Assembly (NCBI GenBank): GCA_963693365.1
Contig: CAVNZM010000010.1
Span: 4,834,159 to 4,898,158, forward strand
From: Amoebidium appalachense
Lineage: Eukaryota > Protista > Ichthyosporea
Length of the DNA: 64,000 bases
Reading direction: 5' to 3'
Shown here: piece after piece, positions 52,507 to 64,000 of the stretch
How positions within the stretch are numbered: position 1 is the first letter of the stretch
Layout of the letters: every line of letters begins with the position of its first letter
Position numbers and translations under genes: made by a program
Notes under the pieces: generated by a model
Told to the model about the DNA's origin: nothing
Databases searched by the model: none
What the model saw: the letters and a program-made list of their open reading frames with translations, nothing else

Positions 52507-54792
52507 ATGTGCGTGAGGGTTCGGGGTGGGTATACCGGTGTGTGTGTGGGTGTCGGGGGGGGGGGGGGGGGGGGGGGGGGGGATGGGGGGGGATGTGTTG
52601 AAAGAGTAGCCTAGAAATAGTATATGAAAAAGCGGACCATGACAAGAAGAAAACCGCAAGACCTACTAAGTTGCACTGCAAAGTCCAGACTTTCCAATTA
52701 TAGAACACATCACTTACTCCTGAACTCAAGAAACGAAAAGAAAACCATAAAGAAGAGAGTGGGGGAGTAAAATGTAGCACATAAAACCAAAAGCAAACAT
52801 AAGGTGAGCACAGATATCCTTTGATACGCAAATAAAGGGGCCCTCGGGAATGCACATTGAAAAGGATTGCATTTCACGAAGCTCAAAAGCACAAATGCAT
52901 TAGCAAGACAAGCAGGGTACATTACAACCCATTCCACCTGAGGAACGTCAACAGATGCATGCATGCAAGCGATGGTCTGTTCAAGTCTTTTCGGATGGGA
53001 GGATGGTGAAAATCGAATATGGGCACTGCAAATATGAATACTGTGCAAACCATGGACCCTGTGATCAGGCTAAAAGCTTGTGTTTAGAACGAAGGCACGG
53101 TAAGGTTGGGGTATAGGGGCTTCAAGGGAATGCTCCAGCCCGTCTACACACTTGGTGGATGTTGTGGACAAACTGCCAACGGAGGAATAGAAGAGGTACA
53201 CCGAGAACAAAGAGGGCTTGTAGATAGGACACAATTGAGTATGCATGAAGCCTGGTGACTGCCTTTTCCAACAAGGAACACAGGATATCCATTTAAAAGG
53301 AATAGCGACACACACATAGCTACTTGAGTATGGATGTGGCAGCAATGGCATGTTAAGCACGAGCTGTGGCAAGAAATAGGACGAACAGGGTGCAGTTAGT
53401 CAATAATACACCAAAGTGTGCCGTTGGAAAATCAGAACACAGCTGAAGCAAGAAACAAAAGGAATCGCAACAGGCCCACGTTTCCTGTTTGTGTGTGTGT
53501 GTGTGTATGCACATTGGTGTGTGGCAAGCACAGCTGGTATATGTGGAGGTTGCAGGGATGCTGGGGGGAAAGGAGGAGGAAGGAAGAAATGAGTGTTGAG
53601 GTGAGGGGAGAGGGGGGGGGGGGGGGGGGGGGGGCAAGGAGGAGGGAGGAAGCATGACGAGCACATATTGAGTACATTCTGCAACCATGTGCTCAGGTTA
53701 GTAGAAGAATGCAGGAAGGAAAGAGGGAAAAGTAACTGCTGGAATGTTCACCACTTAGAGACATATTACGGAGCTGCACTCGTAGCTTGCGTGCAAAAAG
53801 AAGCTGTTCACAATTGCAGAAAAAGGTCACTACTTGGCGGCAAGCTGTGTTGGAAAGGTGAAAGGAAGCACGTTCAAGCAAATGGAAACGGAAAAAGTGG
53901 AGTCTGAAAGTAGAATCTTAATGAAAAAACATGGTTCGATTCAGAGAAAGAAAAAATGGAGTTCCTGGGCAAGTCAAAAACGTCAGTAGCCAACTGGTTA
54001 GTTCATTATAAAGGCTCAGCCCCGGCCGTCCTGGAAACCAGCTAGGGCAGATTTTGCTAACCATGTTACAAGCAAGCCACAGCATTACGTATTTAATGCT
54101 AATCATGTTCCAACTCTGCAAAAACATGTTCTTTCCAGGCCAACAAAACACCTAACTACATATCAGTATCTTGCCTTTTCTGCCAGCCGGGCCAACCAGG
54201 CGTCAAACCTGTTAACGCCTTCGGATATGACCTATGATAACCTGTTTTCCCAGAAACACCTCTCAATTCATACAAGCCCAGCTGCTAACTAATACAACGT
54301 CAGCACTACAGACGGGTGCCTACATCAGTACAAGCACACGTACAAGCAAGCCCATTACCAGTTTTGCCTGTCTGTAGGTATTGCTCAAACCCTAGCCAAC
54401 CGCACACGGGGAAACCGAACAAACCTTGGGCGCCGTGGTCTGCTAACCAAAAACAACTTGAGCAACTCTGAAGACCGTGAAAACGTTGACAGCCGTCCAG
54501 AAAACAGGTGCTTGAATCCAGCTGGGCAGAGGTCCCCCGTTCCAGTTCTTGAGGACGGCAACCGGGCAGCGGTGAAGCACTCAAGTCTTCCGGAAGAAGT
54601 TACAGCAAAGTAGAGAGAAAAAAAAGGTTTTTACACACCAATCTCCTGTCTCAAAACATAAAACTACAACGCGAGTTCCTTACACCAAAAAAATCTGCTC
54701 TCTTCAGGGTTCCGTAAAGTTTGGGCTTCACATCACAGGCTGTGGCGCCAAAAAAAGGGCACCTGCCTGGCAAGGCGCAATCTTTGCTTGCT

Positions 54793-54851
54793 TGCGTCAT
54801 AAGTCAATCTGAATAGGAGATTCTGTCAGCAAAATAAGTTTTATGACGTCA
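54793..54851. promoter_or_regulatory. Candidate bidirectional promoter elements between CPSF6 and TRAPPC14
   Basis: Perfect CRE TGACGTCA at 54844-54851 and an opposed tgcgtcataa near 54793, ~170-230 bp upstream of the TRAPPC14 ATG; the genes are head to head. Confidence 0.3.
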
Positions 54852-55020
54852 TTATTCTTGTCTTCTGAGTTGCCCGAGCCGTCCTGCCTCAAGCTTTGTC
54901 GGAGTTCAGCATCAAACGTAACGCCTTGTTGGCTACTGTAGCATTCTGTGCTGTTAACGAGCATGAGCCGACGTGCCTGTTTATATTTATAACACTGTTT
55001 ATAGTTTCTGAAGTCAAGCC

Positions 55021-63296
<8,276 letters not shown>

Positions 63297-64000
63297 ATGT
63301 GGATAGGGGAAGAACAAGAGTGTAGTGTTGGGGGACAAAGGTGTTGGAGATGTGTTAAGAGAGGAGAGGAAAGTAGCGTGTACATTGTGTTCTTGCGTTG
63401 AGATATTTGGGGTATATTGATGGAGGGGGGATTGTTAAAATAGAGAGTACTAGTGAGCCATATTGGTCTATGGTCGTGCTGTAAAAGGTGATTAACAAAC
63501 GTCTTTCTAAAATATTCTTATATGGAATTTGTGTATATCCGTCATTTTGTGTGAGATACATCCTTAGTGAGAGTGGTACCACGCGCATGCAACTGCAATA
63601 ATGACTGCTAACGTACTTGTTAGTGGGATTGATACAGTCTGTTTTTGAGCTTAGGTGTTGCATGAGGAAGCCTGGTGTTCCTATAGCTGGTTGGTCTAAC
63701 GTTGTACTAGAAACCCCAGGGCCTTCAGATTTGATTTAGTTTTCTATGCTTAGGGCGTAACGGGTTCTCTCGCCCAGCATCTGTATACCTTTAGCATTTC
63801 ATTGATACTAGTTATTAACGAGGATTGCACATTTACATCATGAATATTCATACGACCCCATTTCGTCCTTCTGTGGTTGCGAATTCTGTGAATTTGTGTG
63901 GTGTCTGTGGCATGCGCTGGCGCGGCCACACGTCATGCAATCTTATGAATGAACTCAAGAGCTCCCGAGGGTTGTGCAAATACACGGTCTTCTGTGCTAG

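Overview
Eukaryotic, intron-rich DNA, probably a unicellular holozoan (inferred only from animal-like RBMS, TRAPPC14 and CPSF6 sequences; species unknown). Most of the ORF track is noise from (CA/TG)n, (CT/AG)n and poly-G/C tracts. Hand-splicing with phase checks gives four genes: MCM8 (-, 22 exons, 22816-3984, at least two GC-AG introns), an RBMS/MSSP-family two-RRM protein (-, 36766-27487), CPSF6/CFIm68 (-, 52234-41201) and a divergent TRAPPC14/Trs65-like gene (+, 55021-63296), plus weaker orphan exons. The strongest novel candidate is an intronic repeat family that always abuts poly-C on the host sense strand. Its ~155-nt core has helices that co-vary between two subfamilies and carries hammerhead-like strands (GUH, CGAAAC, CUGANGA) in a non-standard order. 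Also seen: splice acceptors with (CA)n, (TG)n, poly-C or poly-A in place of a U-rich tract, tandem arrays of disabled 3' splice sites, a triplicated MCM8 C-terminus, candidate poison exons, and a group II intron domain V fragment in an AT-rich island. All calls are by eye; no searches or folding programs were run.
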